Assembly (NCBI RefSeq): GCF_001194135.2
Contig: NC_068982.1
Location: 36,009,931-36,073,930 of the forward strand
Length of the DNA stretch: 64,000 nt
Source: Octopus bimaculoides
Lineage: Eukaryota
Reading direction: 5' to 3'
Part shown: positions 63,686 through 64,000 of the stretch, one piece after another
Layout of the letters: the number at the start of each line of letters is the position of its first letter
How positions within the stretch are numbered: the first letter of the stretch is position 1
Program-made: the position numbers and the translations under genes
The notes under the pieces: generated by a model
Database searches by the model: none
Told to the model about the DNA's origin: nothing
What the model saw: only the letters and a program-made list of their open reading frames with translations

Positions 63686-64000
63686 GCTACTGTCATCTCA
63701 GCCTATGCACCTCAACCGGGGCTACCAGATGGTCTGACAGACCAATTCTATGACACCCTCTTGCAAACTACCTCGTCGACGAGTGACAGGGACCTTCTCT
63801 TTGTGGCTGGAGACTTCAATGGTCATGTCGGACGTTGTGCTGGAGGCTTCCATGGCATACATGGAGGCTATGGCTTCGGTTCCCGCAACGAGGAGGGAAC
63901 CAGACTGCTGGAGTTCTGTGATGCAACCGATCTTATGGTCTGCAATACCAACTTCAGGAAACCTGCCAGTCACCTAGTCACCTACCGCTCCGGCAGACAC
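63686..64000 (+). mobile_element. RTE LINE endonuclease, intact frame, runs off the window
   Basis: 105 uninterrupted codons: ATVISAYAPQ..VAGDFNGHVG..HGGYGFGSRNEEGTRLLEFC..NTNFRK. CpG-rich. Confidence 0.9.

Noticed and set aside
63722-63977. Two ORFs in the track at the window end
   Set aside because: Alternative-frame and antisense shadows of the RTE endonuclease frame starting at 63686.

Overview
This is AT-rich, repeat-dense animal genomic DNA with four assembly gaps. The SINE/RTE/MITE content looks like an Octopus (coleoid cephalopod) genome; that is an inference from repeat character, not a database result. The main feature is a complete 11-exon, minus-strand gene for ER mannosyl-oligosaccharide 1,2-alpha-mannosidase (MAN1B1/ERManI, GH47). 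I reconstructed it by hand: CDS 43341->5253, 1860 nt, 619 aa, all introns GT-AG and phase-consistent, including three short exons missing from the ORF track. Introns and flanks carry resolvable transposons: a Tc1 (DD34E) with a nested SINE, a maT/mariner with a nested 8-bp-TSD element, a Tigger/pogo, a hAT deletion derivative about 440 bp upstream of the ATG, Charlie- and piggyBac-like MITEs, a Helitron 5' part, CR1-like and RTE LINE pieces, and several tRNA-derived SINE families. Unexplained signals are a perfect 23-bp hairpin, a Thr->Ser change at the Ca2+-binding motif, phase-compatible plus-strand candidate exons at 53-62 kb, and a decayed unidentified ORF at about 60 kb. I found no prokaryotic features (CRISPR, operons) and no clearly novel biological system.
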